Of a stretch of 64,000 nucleotides of DNA, positions 21,770 through 32,242 are shown piece by piece. Numbering within the stretch: the stretch's first letter is position 1; every line of letters starts with the position of its first letter. The notes under the pieces are model-generated. The model was not told the DNA's origin. It did no database searches and saw only the letters and a list, made by a program, of their open reading frames with translations. The stretch spans positions 224,001 to 288,000 of the forward strand of contig CAVSOU010000008.1 of the NCBI GenBank assembly GCA_963729625.1, in the 5' to 3' direction. Source of the stretch: an uncultured bacterium (lineage in GTDB: Bacteria > Chloroflexota > UBA5177 > JANWHV01). The translations under genes were made by a program, and so were the position numbers.

Positions 21770-22606
21770 ATGGCACGGCGCGCGCGACTGATCGATCTGG
21801 CCTGGTACGTCGGCATGAGCCTGTTTCTGCTGGTCTTTCTGAGCCCGATCATCTGGGTGTACCTGGCCTCAGTGACGCCAAGCGGCAACCTGGCTGGGTC
21901 CCCGTTTTCCGTGCTGGACGTGCGGCACTACACCTTCACCGCCTTCCCGCGCGTATGGAACGGCTTCGCTTTCTCGCAGGCGTTTGCCAACAGCCTCATG
22001 GTTTGCCTGGCGGCGGCGATCTGCGTGGTGGTGATCTGCTCGCTTCCCGCTTACGCGCTCTCGCGCTACAGCTTCCGGGGGCGCAATCAGTTCGCATTGA
22101 TCGTCCTGATGGGTCAGCTAGTGCCGGGGATCGTGGTGGTGGTGCCCATCGTTCTGCTGTTGCGGCATATCCAGCTGACTGACAACCTGGTCGGGCTCGC
22201 GGCCGTCTACATCATCAGTGGGATCCCGCTCGGGGTGTGGATGCTTCGCGGATTCCTGGACGCCATTCCCCGGGAGCTGGACGAGTCGGTGCTCGTGGAC
22301 GGCGGCGGTCTCCTTGCCGTGCTGCGCTACGTGATCTTCCCGCTGGCTCAGCCGGGGATCGTGACGGTGGCCGCGTTTACGTTCATCTCCGCGTGGGGCG
22401 AGTATCTGCTGGCCCTCTCGCTGATCACCTCGAATCAGAATTGGACGCTGCCGCTCGCGCTGCAGGAAGCGTTCAGCCGGAACACCGTGGACCTGGGCGC
22501 GCTCACCGCCGGAGGCGTGATCGCCTCCTTGCCGGTCGCGTTGCTCTTCATGTTCGTGCAGCGCAGCCTCGTTGCCGGCCTAGCAGCCGGCAGCGTCAAG
22601 GGCTGA
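21770..22606 (+). CDS. Sugar ABC transporter permease
   Basis: [30 protein letters not shown]. Confidence 0.93.
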   Translation: MARRARLIDLAWYVGMSLFLLVFLSPIIWVYLASVTPSGNLAGSPFSVLDVRHYTFTAFPRVWNGFAFSQAFANSLMVCLAAAICVVVICSLPAYALSRYSFRGRNQFALIVLMGQLVPGIVVVVPIVLLLRHIQLTDNLVGLAAVYIISGIPLGVWMLRGFLDAIPRELDESVLVDGGGLLAVLRYVIFPLAQPGIVTVAAFTFISAWGEYLLALSLITSNQNWTLPLALQEAFSRNTVDLGALTAGGVIASLPVALLFMFVQRSLVAGLAAGSVKG

Positions 22607-22659
22607 GGCGCCGCGATGAGGCGGGCAGGGGCCCGACGCCTAGTGCATGGAGGATGAGG

Positions 22660-23427
22660 ATGACGGCCATCAAGCAGACGATATCCTGGTGGTGTTACGA
22701 GCGCAGCGGCCCGGCGCCGGAGCAGTTGGTCAAGCTGGCGGCGGAGATCGGCTACCGCGGGTTCGACCTGGTTGACCAGCAGCACTGGCCGCTGATCAAG
22801 GAGCATGGGCTGGAGATCGCAGCGGTCAACGGCCACGCCTCCATCGCCGACGGGCTCAATCGTCGCGCCAATCACGATCGCATCGAGCGCGAAATCACCG
22901 CCAACCTGGAGCTGGCCGGCCGCTGGGGCATTGCCAACCTGATCGTGTTCAGCGGCAACCGCGGCGGTATCGACGACGAGGCCGGTGCCGAGGCGACGGC
23001 CGCTGGCCTGAGGCGCGTGGCCCGCGCGGCCGAGCAGGCAGGCGTCACCCTGGTGCTCGAGCTGCTCAACAGCAAGGTGGATCACGCCGATTACCAGGCG
23101 GACCACACGACATGGGGTGTGAAGGTCTGCCAGATGGTCGGCTCGGCCCGCGTGCGTTTGCTCTACGACATTTACCACATGCAGATCATGGAAGGCGACA
23201 TCATTCGCACGATACGTGACAACAGCGCCTACTTCGGTCACTATCATACGGGCGGTGTGCCTGGGCGGAACGAGATCGGTGCCCAGCAGGAACTGTATTA
23301 CCCGGCGATTATGCGGGCCATACTCGCCACCGGCTACCAGGGCTATGTCGGGCAAGAGTTCGTACCTGCCGGAGATCCGGCCGCCGGCCTGCGGGAGGCC
23401 TTCGCCGCCTGCAACGTCAGCGCATAA
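22660..23427 (+). CDS. Hydroxypyruvate isomerase-like TIM barrel protein
   Basis: [42 protein letters not shown]. Confidence 0.9.
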   Translation: MTAIKQTISWWCYERSGPAPEQLVKLAAEIGYRGFDLVDQQHWPLIKEHGLEIAAVNGHASIADGLNRRANHDRIEREITANLELAGRWGIANLIVFSGNRGGIDDEAGAEATAAGLRRVARAAEQAGVTLVLELLNSKVDHADYQADHTTWGVKVCQMVGSARVRLLYDIYHMQIMEGDIIRTIRDNSAYFGHYHTGGVPGRNEIGAQQELYYPAIMRAILATGYQGYVGQEFVPAGDPAAGLREAFAACNVSA

Positions 23428-23504
23428 GGCCGGTACCGGCAACGTGCCATGGACGGTCGCCAACATCGCGGCGTTTCGCGTTGCTCAGTCATGTAGTAGA
23501 AAGT

Positions 23505-24290
23505 ATGCGAGAAGTGACCTTGCCCAACGCTGACCCCAATATTCCGGTTGCATTACAGATGTACAGCGTGCGCGAGGAGGCCGCGCGCGATTTCACCGGC
23601 ACGTTGAAGGCCGTCGCCGCGGTTGGCTATAAGGCACTCGAGCTAGCAGGCTTTGGAGACTTAACGGCGCCCGAGCTCCGAAAGGTGCTGGACGGACTCG
23701 GCCTGTCGGCGCTCTCCAATCACGTCGGTCTGCCCGTCCTGCGCTCCGCACTGGACCGAACGATTGACGACTGCTTGTCCTTGGGCTGCCGCTATCTGGT
23801 GTGCCCGTGGCTGCCCCCCGAGGAGCGTGGCGACGCGTCCGCCTACCGCCGGCTCGCTGCCGAGCTCACGAGTATGGGCCGGCGCTGTCGAGAGCGGGGG
23901 TTGGGCTTCGCCTACCACAACCACGATTTTGAGTTTGCGCGGCTCGACGGCCAGTTCGCGCTGGACGTGCTCCTCGAGTCCGCCGATGTCCAGGCAGTGA
24001 AATCCGAGCTCGATATGTATTGGGCAGCCTATGCCGGCGTCGATCCCGCGCAGTTTCTCCGTCACCTGGGTCCGCGCTGCGCGATCGTGCACCTCAAGGA
24101 CATGGTCAAAGACGATTCACGGGCGTTTGCCGAAGTGGGCGAGGGCCGCCTGGACTTTCCGTCCATCTTCGCGGCTGCCAAGGCGGTCGGCGTCGAGTTG
24201 TACGTGGTGGAGCAGGACTTCTGCCAGCGTCCGGCGCTCGACAGCATCGCCATCAGCCTGAAGAACCTGCGTTCGTGGGGAATCGCTTGA
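23505..24290 (+). CDS. Sugar phosphate isomerase/epimerase (IolE/XylA-like TIM barrel)
   Basis: LQMYSVRE, YHNHDFEF, ELDMYW, VHLKD, VEQD. Confidence 0.9.
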   Translation: MREVTLPNADPNIPVALQMYSVREEAARDFTGTLKAVAAVGYKALELAGFGDLTAPELRKVLDGLGLSALSNHVGLPVLRSALDRTIDDCLSLGCRYLVCPWLPPEERGDASAYRRLAAELTSMGRRCRERGLGFAYHNHDFEFARLDGQFALDVLLESADVQAVKSELDMYWAAYAGVDPAQFLRHLGPRCAIVHLKDMVKDDSRAFAEVGEGRLDFPSIFAAAKAVGVELYVVEQDFCQRPALDSIAISLKNLRSWGIA

Positions 24291-24691
24291 GGAGGGCGCG
24301 TCTCGAGATCGTTGTCGGTCAGGCTCAGCACCTGTGCGAGGCGCCTTCCTGTCTACGCTGAGCGTATAACTGCCCGACTCATGGTTCTGCGCACGCGGGA
24401 AAATCCTTGCGCGGTACCGCAACCGAGACAGCCGTGTGCATTGTCCGCACATCGGTGCTCACCGTCGTTCGCCATACAAGCGATCGGCACGTGCCTTCTC
24501 GTACCTGTGCGCTGCCGCTACGCCGCTGGTCGAGAACGCCCGGCATCGTCCGATCGCAGGGTACCTGCAAGGCATCTACGTATGACGAAGTGAGCGGGGT
24601 GCGTGACAACCGCCACGCACCCCGCCAAGAAGCACACTGTCGCCGGCGTGAGTATCAACCGCACCGGCCGCCGTATGGCGCGATCAGCAGA

Positions 24692-27600
24692 TCACCGCCA
24701 GGTCACCGCTACCGTGTTTGATCGTGGCCCGCCTCCCGTGATGCTGGAGCCCGACGTGCTCAGCCATGCCGTGTACTGGTGCGTCACAGCGGTGTTGGAA
24801 GAGGCAGTTGTCGTGCAGCTCGAGCCAGTGCCGCAGGCCGCAAGAACCGATCCACTTTCGTTCACGATGTCGATATACCAGACAGTGAGCCCGACGTCGA
24901 CGTTTGTCGAGGCGGTCAGCGTCACGCTCGAGTTCACGGACGGCGACCCGTTGCTGGCCGTGAGACCGCTGAGGCATGTGCCGTCTGACGCGCAGCTACT
25001 GCCTGACATGGGCGTGCTGGTAGCCGTGGCGCCGGTTCCCGTCCAGCTCACCGTCACGGTTGCCGTATGCGGCCCGCCTCCGGCGATGCCGCTGCCCGAC
25101 GTGCTCAGCCATGCCGTGTACTGGTGGCTGGCCGCGACGCTGGATGTGACGCCGGCAGCACAGCTCGTGCCGGTGGGGCAGCTGCTCACGATGGCGCCGG
25201 ATTCGTTCACGATGTCGATGTACCACACGGTGGGACCGACGTCCTGATTGGTGGTGGCCGTGAGGGTGACCGCCGTGTTCAGCGGCGCCGAGGTCGCGCT
25301 GGCGCTCAGGCCGGTGAGGCAGGTTCCGTCAGTCGCGCAGGTCGTACCGGACGCGGGTGTGGCCGTGCTGGTCGCGCTGGGCGCGACCGGCGTGTTCGTC
25401 CGCGTGGCGGTCGCGGGAACCGGCGTGTTCGTGCGCGTCGCGGAAGGCGGCGGCGTGCCAGTGCTCGGCACGGCTGTATTCGTACGCGTGGCCGTGGGCA
25501 GCACGGGCGTGGTCGTGCGTGTCACGGTCGGCGGCGCGGGCGTAGGCGTGCGCGTGGCCGATGGCGGTACAGGCGTGCTGGTAGCCGTGGCGCCGGTTCC
25601 CGTCCAGCTCACCGTCACGGTTGCCGTATGCGACCCACCCCCGGCGATGCCGGTGCCCGACGTGCTCAGCCATGCCGTGTACTGGTGGCTGGCCGCGACG
25701 CCGGATGTGACGGCCGCGCCGCAGCTTGCCCCAGTGGGGCAGCTGCTCACGATGGCGCCGGATTCGTTCACGATGTCGATGTACCACACGGTGGGACCGA
25801 CGTCCTTATTGGTGGCGGCCGTGAGGGTGACCGCCGTGTTCAGCGGCGCCGAGGTCGAGCTGGCGCTCAGCCCGGTGAGGCAGGTTCCGTCACTTGCGCA
25901 GCCGGTGCCGGACGCGGGTGTGGCCGTGCTGGTCGCGCTGGGCACCACCGGCGTATTCGTCCGGGTGGCGGTCGCAGGAACCGGCGTGCTCGTGCGCGTC
26001 GCGGTTGGCGGCGGCGTGCCGGTTGGCGTAGCAGGCACAGGCGTGCGTGTGGCCGTTGGCGGCGTCGTGTTGGTTGGGTAGCAGGCACAGGCGTGCGCGT
26101 CACGGTGGGCGGCACGGGCGTAGCAGTCGCCGTGTTGCCGACGCACCCGCCGACGGCGCCGACGATATCGCACAGGTAGTGCGATACGTCGATACTGCCC
26201 CATCCCGTCGCCCGGTCCCAACCGGGACCGGCACTGTAGGAAACGGATCCGTAGGTTGTTCCCGACGTCACATCGTGGAAGTCGGCCGCATACTTTGCTG
26301 CGTTCTCGGCCAGCGCGTAGATCTTTGGGTTAGCCCAGCCGATGCGCGCAAGACCGTTTACCTGTGCGTAGCGATCGGCTACCGCCGCCATACCCGCCCA
26401 TAGGGGGGCTGCCAGGCTGGTACCGCCGACAACCACGTTGGCACCGTTGACATACACGTCGGCGCCGGTGTTCGGGTTTGCGTCCGCGGAGACGTCCGGC
26501 TCCGCTCGTCCGCTGCAGCTCGTGGATACGCTGTTCTGGTAACTCGGCTTGGCGAACACTGACGAGCACCCCGCTCCACCGCCGCCGTTGCCAGAGACAT
26601 TCCAGGTGGTCTCGCCGGAATAGGTGGTCGAGCCGCTCGTGGAAAGCGTGGTTCCACCGACCGAGACGACGTTCGGACTGTCCGCGGGATAGCTCGGTTG
26701 CCCGGTGCCACCGGAATCGGTGCCCGCGTCGCCTGAGGAAAAGTAGAACGTCGTCCCTTCCGCTGCTGCCTGCAAGAAGTCGCTTTCGAGGGCCGTGCCG
26801 AAGGCGTCGAGCGGAGAAATCTCCTCGCCGCCGCCCCAGCTATTGCTCACCACATGAATGGCGGAGTTGTTCACGGCCATGGAGATGGCGTTCTCCAGGC
26901 CAACTTCACTGCCGCCGCACCCGGAGGAGTCGCAGATCTCGTTGCCTAGGTAGTACACGAGGTGGGCATGTGGGGCCATCCCATGCGCGTACTCCACGTC
27001 CATCGCCGTCTCAATCCATGCATCCGTGTGGGTATCGGCGCCGTTGGAATAGACCCACTCGATCTGGTCTGCCCCGCTGTTGGTCGGCGTCGTCACCACC
27101 TGTCCGGACATCGCCGTATCGCCGGTCGCAGTGGCGAAGCCGCTCAAGTCGCTGTTCTGCAGGGCATTGCCCCACAGGGTAAAGCCAATAACCTGGTTCG
27201 TGCCGTCATAGCTGCTGCCGGAGTCGTAGATACTGCGGAAGTTCGCCGGCGTGTAGCCGTTTGCCGGTCTGGACGCCGCATGGCTCATCGCGTGGAAGCG
27301 CACGATGCTGTTGAGACCGGTCACGGCCAGGATGCCGAGGTTTGCCGGCACGACCGGATCTGCCGACGCGGCGAAGTACGTGCCGTGCGCCGGCGAGCGG
27401 TACGAATTGACCTGGACCGCGAGAGCGCGTTCTACCGCGGCCGTCGTTCCCTGTAGCGTGATGGTTGTTCCATCGGCGCTGACGTATGTGCTCGACAGTC
27501 CATTCTGCACAGCCCAGGCCTGTACGGCGCCTACTTGGTCGGTTGTCGGCGCGAACTGCGCGTCGAACTGATCGTGTGTAAGATAGATTCCCTGGTCGGC

Positions 27601-27870
27601 CTGGTTCGCGATAAACGACGCCAACACGGCCTGGTTCCGATACGGGAGCAACACGTCGATGGTCATCGGCGCCGCGACATCGGCGGCGCCTATAAGCTGG
27701 GCGACGCCGGACCTCACTTCCGTCGGCGTCTCGCCGACCAGGATGACGCTGCCAGTCGACGGCGCCGCGCGCGACACGCCGCGTGCGGGCAGTCCGGCCT
27801 CTCCCGTCAGCAAGCCAAGCAGCAGTGTTCCTGCCAGGCTGCCGGATAATAGCGTGGTGCGAAGACTCAC
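24692..27870 (-). CDS. S53 (sedolisin/kumamolisin) protease with Pro/Thr linkers and three repeated C-terminal domains; 1-bp frameshift near 26077
   Basis: Prodomain; ETAMDVE, SSGDAG, GGTSLAAP catalytic motifs; ORFs 25867-28014 and 24692-26221 join if one C is added in ACCCAACC. Confidence 0.85.
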
Positions 27871-28201
27871 TTGTACGTCCCTCTTTCTGCGTTCCGAACA
27901 CCGTGAGGGAAGTGACCGGCTCGCTGCTTGTGCGGCGCGCTTCGACGTTCTGTCCCCGTTTGTGACGCGAAACTTCACCCTTACGCACAGTGTGTGCATC
28001 GAGGTGCGGAACATGCAAAGTCGTCCGTCCTCGCTGTGGTGTGCCCGGTCGAGCTTTGACAGATCGGGCTACACTCGGTTCGTCCTCTTGAACATGTAGA
28101 TGCTCACTCCGCGAGGAGTCCAGGCCGATCGGACTCCGTGAGGGTGCGGAAACGAGGGATCTGCTGAGCAGTATAGCGCACTGTAGCAATATGTCTATAG
28201 C

Positions 28202-29485
28202 TCACCACGGTTTATTTGCCTGCGAGCGCGGCGGGATGATGGTGCTGCAGGGCGGCGGCGGCGCGAGTGCAGCCGCATGAGAGCAGAGGGCCAGGCTCAT
28301 CAGGAAGTCATCGTGCCCTTCGCTCGCCGGTACAAAGAAGCGCATCTGCTCGTTGACGCCCAGGTCATACCGCGCCGACTCGATTTCGCGCCGCGCCTGC
28401 CGCCAGGCTTCGCTTCCGTCCTGCCTGTAGAGACGGCAGCGGCCGGTACCAGCCAAGGCCAGCAGCGCGAACCCCAGTCGCGATTTCGACGGCGCGGTGA
28501 AGACAAACTGCTCCACCACCGCGCCCCCGAGGACGCCTTCGAGCCAGGAGGCGACGCCTGCGCCCAGGCCTGTGGCATCCACCACGACCTTTGTGCAGGG
28601 AAAGACGTCGGCCAGCAGGTGGCGAAGCGCATGGTGTTGGGTTGGATGGTCCGCCCCCGACCACTGGTAGTGTTGCACGACCTCCAGCGAAGGCTCGAGC
28701 TCCTCCGTCCAGTGCAGCCGTGCTATCGTGGTCACGGTGCTGTCGCGGCCACGGTCCGCCGCTGCCGGTGCCAGGAGTCCTGGAATTGCCTGAGCGTCCT
28801 GGCCGGCTACGTCTATCCCCGCCACGTAGGTTTCGCCTGCGATGCCCTCGGCCAGTCGCGCGTGTCTGCCTGAGAGCAGCAATGAACGCGTCGCGAGCGA
28901 AAACAGGCGTCCCATCTCCTCGAGCGGCTGCAGGCAGTATTGCGTCTGCACGATCGGATGGTCTGAGCCGAGCCTGGCTATCTCGGCTTCCACGAACATG
29001 CGATAGGCCGGCGAGATTTGTGCCAGCACCTGCCAGTCGTACTCGAAGTGGCGACGTATGCCGTCGCGGTGCTCAAGGGCTAGGTTCACCTGCTTCTGGC
29101 GCTCGAGTGGGTTCGTTGCGTCCCACGCGGTGCCATAGAGCACGATTGGCGCGTTAGTCGAGCTGGCCATGGGGCGGAATTCGCGCTGCACCTTGTCTTC
29201 CTGCAGGTCCTGCGCCTCGTCAAGCTCCAGAAGCACGTCGGCAGTTCCGCCAACGACATGGCTGGCGGGAGCGCCCGAGAGAAAGCGTACGCGGGCGCGG
29301 CCCAGCTCGATCGCATCCTGGCTGGTGCGCACGCAGCCGCGGTTCAGTGGATTGTCAAGCACGCTCAAGAGGCGCTGTCTGCTGATCAGTGCCTGCGGGC
29401 GGAGCGTCGGGGCCGCTTTGACCAGCGTGCCGCCGGTAAACCGGTAGATATTGAGCAGGTACGCTTCGAGCTCCGCTGAAAGCTC
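28202..29485 (-). CDS. Resident large terminase-like gene, 3' part (interrupted by integrated element)
   Basis: Frame open from 29485: ELSAELEAYLL...LELDEAQD (Walker B)...AGIDVAG...HDDFLMSLAL (RNaseH-like nuclease); no own start. Confidence 0.85.
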   Translation of the reverse strand, partial: ELSAELEAYLLNIYRFTGGTLVKAAPTLRPQALISRQRLLSVLDNPLNRGCVRTSQDAIELGRARVRFLSGAPASHVVGGTADVLLELDEAQDLQEDKVQREFRPMASSTNAPIVLYGTAWDATNPLERQKQVNLALEHRDGIRRHFEYDWQVLAQISPAYRMFVEAEIARLGSDHPIVQTQYCLQPLEEMGRLFSLATRSLLLSGRHARLAEGIAGETYVAGIDVAGQDAQAIPGLLAPAAADRGRDSTVTTIARLHWTEELEPSLEVVQHYQWSGADHPTQHHALRHLLADVFPCTKVVVDATGLGAGVASWLEGVLGGAVVEQFVFTAPSKSRLGFALLALAGTGRCRLYRQDGSEAWRQARREIESARYDLGVNEQMRFFVPASEGHDDFLMSLALCSHAAALAPPPPCSTIIPPRSQANKPW

Positions 29486-29516
29486 AATATAGCTGCGTTG
29501 TGTTGTTTATGATATA
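29484..29516. repeat. Left attachment site (core TC plus arm TGTTGTTTATGATATA)
   Basis: 29501-29516 is the exact reverse complement of 44659-44674. Confidence 0.9.
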
Positions 29517-29661
29517 GCGCAGGACTGCCCCACGGGGGGTACGACTTCGCAACGAGCGCTGTTCAGTACTGCTCACGAGCAGGGACCATCGCCCACATGC
29601 AATTCTCGTGCGCCCTGGCGCATCCTAGAGGCTATTGCACAGCGCAATTGTTCACACTATC

Positions 29662-29750
29662 GGGCCGTCCTCGCGCGCGGGGAGAGCGAGTCATCCAGGA
29701 TATGGGAAGCACGGCGACGACTGGGCCGTCCTCGCGCGCGGGGAGAGCGA
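29662..29750. CRISPR. Mini-array: two identical 28-bp type I-E-like repeats, one 33-bp spacer
   Basis: GGGCCGTCCTCGCGCGCGGGGAGAGCGA at 29662-29689 and 29723-29750; 61-bp period; internal hairpin TCCTCG-CGCG-CGGGGA; no cas genes in window. Confidence 0.55.
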
Positions 29751-29805
29751 AGCGCCGGATCTGCTGGGAATCCGGGGCTTGATCGGGCGACGCGCTTATG
29801 GCCGG

Positions 29806-30015
29806 CTAGTCGGGCTCTACCTCGCCGTCGATCACGTAGCTGCGATGGGTGCGGCGGATGTGGTAGACACTGCGAATGACCGCCAGGTCCTTGTCTATCT
29901 GCCGGCTGCTCATGCCGTAGTGCTCCGCCAGCGTCGCGCGGGTCCAGACGCCCGGCTCACGCAGGATGCGATGGGCGATCTGAACGCGGCGCTTGAAGGC
30001 GGACTTGACGCTCAT
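29806..30015 (-). CDS. Small winged-HTH (HTH_11-like) protein
   Basis: TRATLAEHYGMSSRQIDKDLAVI. Confidence 0.75.
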   Translation of the reverse strand: MSVKSAFKRRVQIAHRILREPGVWTRATLAEHYGMSSRQIDKDLAVIRSVYHIRRTHRSYVIDGEVEPD

Positions 30016-30254
30016 CAGCGCAGCTCAACCAGATAGTCATCAACTGCACCGTACTGTCGGTCGGCATTGACGGCGCGGAATGCGCGGTAGTTGTAGGGTC
30101 CCCAGCCCATGACTTCGGTCACGGCGATCTCGCCAACCTGATAGCGGTGGTCGAGATACTCGAGGTCTTGTCCCGTGACCTTGCTCTGCGGTGCGATTCG
30201 GTCGGTTGTCGCGTTGTAGTCGATGTACGCTGCTGCCCTGATATGCTCGTCCAT
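30015..30254 (-). CDS. Small acidic hypothetical protein
   Basis: RBS GAAGGA; 79 aa; stop overlaps next start (TGATG). Confidence 0.65.
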   Translation of the reverse strand: MDEHIRAAAYIDYNATTDRIAPQSKVTGQDLEYLDHRYQVGEIAVTEVMGWGPYNYRAFRAVNADRQYGAVDDYLVELR

Positions 30255-30302
30255 CGTTCTTCCTTCTGCCCGGTTTCGCCGCCGGGCCCGGCACTGCCTT
30301 GG

Positions 30303-30914
30303 TCAGGCTCGCTGGACGCTCCCATTCCGGGACTGAGCATTGAACACCTTCACCAGCTCGGCGATCTCCGCGGCCGCCTCTTCCTGGGTGACGTTTGGCA
30401 CGATGGAGACAGGGCGGCCGAGGGCAGCCTGCAACTTGCCGATCTTGCTCAGTTGCTCCTGGGTGGCCACCCCTGACGGTACAACACTCGGCTTCGGCGC
30501 CGTGTGCGCGGTAGCCGGCGAAGCGCCTATGGCGGGATACGTGGGCATGTCGTCGTCGCCCAGCTCCTCGAGCGCGGCGCCGCCCACGTTCAGGGCGTCG
30601 CGCAGCGCGCGGGCCTTGGCGCGCGTCTCGGCCATGCGGATGTAGTGGGCGGCGACCATCTTGCCGGTGTTCTGCACATTGGCGTCGCCGATGCCGGTGT
30701 AGGTGCCGGCCTCGGTCGTCACTTCGGCCCAGACAATGGCCGTCCAGGCGTTGACCTCGGTCGGCGCCTGCTCGAGCTGCGTCCGGATGGCCTTCAGGCC
30801 CGAGCGGTGCGCCAGGTCGAGCAGGCCGGCATAGAGCACGAACTCTTTGCCGGCACGCTCGATGACGTAGCGGTGGTCGATCTTCTTGATCGTGCTGATG
30901 GCGTCGCCGTTCAT
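30303..30914 (-). CDS. Putative single-strand annealing protein (Rad52/Sak-like)
   Basis: GKEFVLYAGLLDLAH...YTGIGDA...IRMAETRAKARALRDALNVG; C-terminal ATQEQLSKI tail; family assignment from recall. Confidence 0.55.
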   Translation of the reverse strand: MNGDAISTIKKIDHRYVIERAGKEFVLYAGLLDLAHRSGLKAIRTQLEQAPTEVNAWTAIVWAEVTTEAGTYTGIGDANVQNTGKMVAAHYIRMAETRAKARALRDALNVGGAALEELGDDDMPTYPAIGASPATAHTAPKPSVVPSGVATQEQLSKIGKLQAALGRPVSIVPNVTQEEAAAEIAELVKVFNAQSRNGSVQRA

Positions 30915-30916
30915 GG

Positions 30917-31141
30917 CTACCACCGTCCCTTTGCCGCCAGAGCGTGATACTCGTAGGTGTGGCCATCGTAGGAGTAGTCTAGATCGTGCCGGCGCGCCTC
31001 CGCGAACTGGGCCAGTGTCTCGCGTGCCAAGCAGTCCGGGCAGTGCATGCGTTCCTGCCAGGTGTCGCCGTCCGTGTACGGGTAGCGCTTCTGGCAACGC
31101 AAACACGTTGCCGTGGGATGCCAGGCTTCCTGTGCTACCAT
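30917..31141 (-). CDS. Small Zn-ribbon protein
   Basis: CLRC...CPDC; RBS GAAAGGA. Confidence 0.6.
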   Translation of the reverse strand: MVAQEAWHPTATCLRCQKRYPYTDGDTWQERMHCPDCLARETLAQFAEARRHDLDYSYDGHTYEYHALAAKGRW

Positions 31142-31242
31142 AGTGTCTGAGTCCTTTCGACTCGGTGAGCGGCTCCCTAACTTTTCCAGGGTGGGGGAGC
31201 CGTTCGGCGTTTCAGGAGAGCTCATGCGCTCTGCCTGCTACC

Positions 31243-31318
31243 ATTATCTCATAGTGCGCGCGCACTTACAATAGTGTAAACGCACTATCTTGAAAGTGCG
31301 CGCGCGGTGTGCTATCGT
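31243..31318. promoter_or_regulatory. Divergent promoters with three AGTG-N6-CACT-type operators
   Basis: Plus: TTGAAA(31290)-17-TATCGT with TGn. Minus: TTGTAA(31271)-17-GATAAT with TGn. Boxes at 31253-31266, 31271-31288, 31295-31308 (last degenerate). Confidence 0.7.
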
Positions 31319-31337
31319 AGTCTCAGGAGGAGTTGCG

Positions 31338-31553
31338 ATGATGGCCGCAGCAAAGCGCGAGATGCCGCGTGGCGGGAAGCGCGCCAGGAAGGGTACCGGC
31401 CGCGCGCGCTCGAGCGGGCTAAACTTGCTCTTGAGCCCCGACCACAAGGCGTGTTTGACCGCTCTCGCCGAGGCGGAAGGCATCACCCGCACCGCCCTCA
31501 TCGAGCGCTGGATCGACGAGCACAGCTCCCAGCCCACGCAGGCGCCCCAGTAG
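31338..31553 (+). CDS. Ribbon-helix-helix (CopG-like) regulator
   Basis: RBS AGGAGG; LNLLLSPDHKACLTALAEAEGITRTALIERWI. Confidence 0.75.
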   Translation: MMAAAKREMPRGGKRARKGTGRARSSGLNLLLSPDHKACLTALAEAEGITRTALIERWIDEHSSQPTQAPQ

Positions 31554-31759
31554 GCGAATTTCGCGCTAGGGCCTCGAAAGCGGCCTCAGCGTGCCCTAGG
31601 ACCAACGTCACCGGTTCCTATGGTACACCAGGCGTCTGAGTAGCCCGCCTGCGAGGCATTCCTGGTTGCCCGCATTTGCTATTCGCCCTCGTACGGATCT
31701 TCGGCCTCCACGGATGAAGCCGCGCCTGCCACGACTTGGTGTGCGTGCTACGCGATAGG

Positions 31760-32242
31760 TCAGGGCAGAGGCATCTTGGTTTGACCGAGTACCTGAGGCG
31801 CCTCGATCCGAATCCCCGGTATCTGAACCTTACTCAGATCATCGTCCCAGGTTAGCAGAACATCGCAGCGAGCCCGCAAAGCGCAGGCTATATGCAAGGC
31901 ATCGAAAGGCCTTACACCGTAGTTTCGGCATAACCTGTTGGCGTCGATGCCTATCTGCATGTCCACCACAATCCATTGGAACAGCCGTCGCTGAAAGAAG
32001 GCGATCAGCGTATCGTCGTCAGTGCTCAACACGAGGCCAGGACTATACTTATGGACTTCGGCGACAACCGGTCCAGAGATCCAGATATCAAATAGTTTGT
32101 CCTCAGCCTGCGTGAATATGTGTTGCGCGACAGCACCACGATCCACGAGACCGACCTTCTCACCCTTTACCCATCCAATGTAGACACAGGAGTCCAGAAA
32201 TGGGCGCCTATAAGGGCCGGTCAGCGCGCTGTTAGGCGTCAC
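31760..32242 (-). CDS. PIN-domain nuclease (toxin)
   Basis: FLDSCVYIGW...VVAEV...RPFDALHIACA...LLTWDDDL. Confidence 0.85.
   Translation of the reverse strand: MTPNSALTGPYRRPFLDSCVYIGWVKGEKVGLVDRGAVAQHIFTQAEDKLFDIWISGPVVAEVHKYSPGLVLSTDDDTLIAFFQRRLFQWIVVDMQIGIDANRLCRNYGVRPFDALHIACALRARCDVLLTWDDDLSKVQIPGIRIEAPQVLGQTKMPLP

Noticed and set aside
25010-25960. Long direct repeats as a DGR template/variable pair or CRISPR
   Set aside because: They are in-frame coding domain duplications; no reverse transcriptase or spacer structure
27871-28200. Riboswitch in the S53 protease leader
   Set aside because: Only one modest hairpin (GGAGTCC...GGACTCC); no recognisable consensus
29481-29482. Alternative crossover at the shared AG (CT on minus) dinucleotide
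   Set aside because: It restores the same protein but gives 13/18 arm asymmetry; TC gives near-symmetric 16/15 spacing
29521-29661. Possible further degenerate CRISPR repeats (GGGACCATCGCCC at 29582; TCTCGTGCGC near 29604)
   Set aside because: Similarity too weak and not on the 61-bp register
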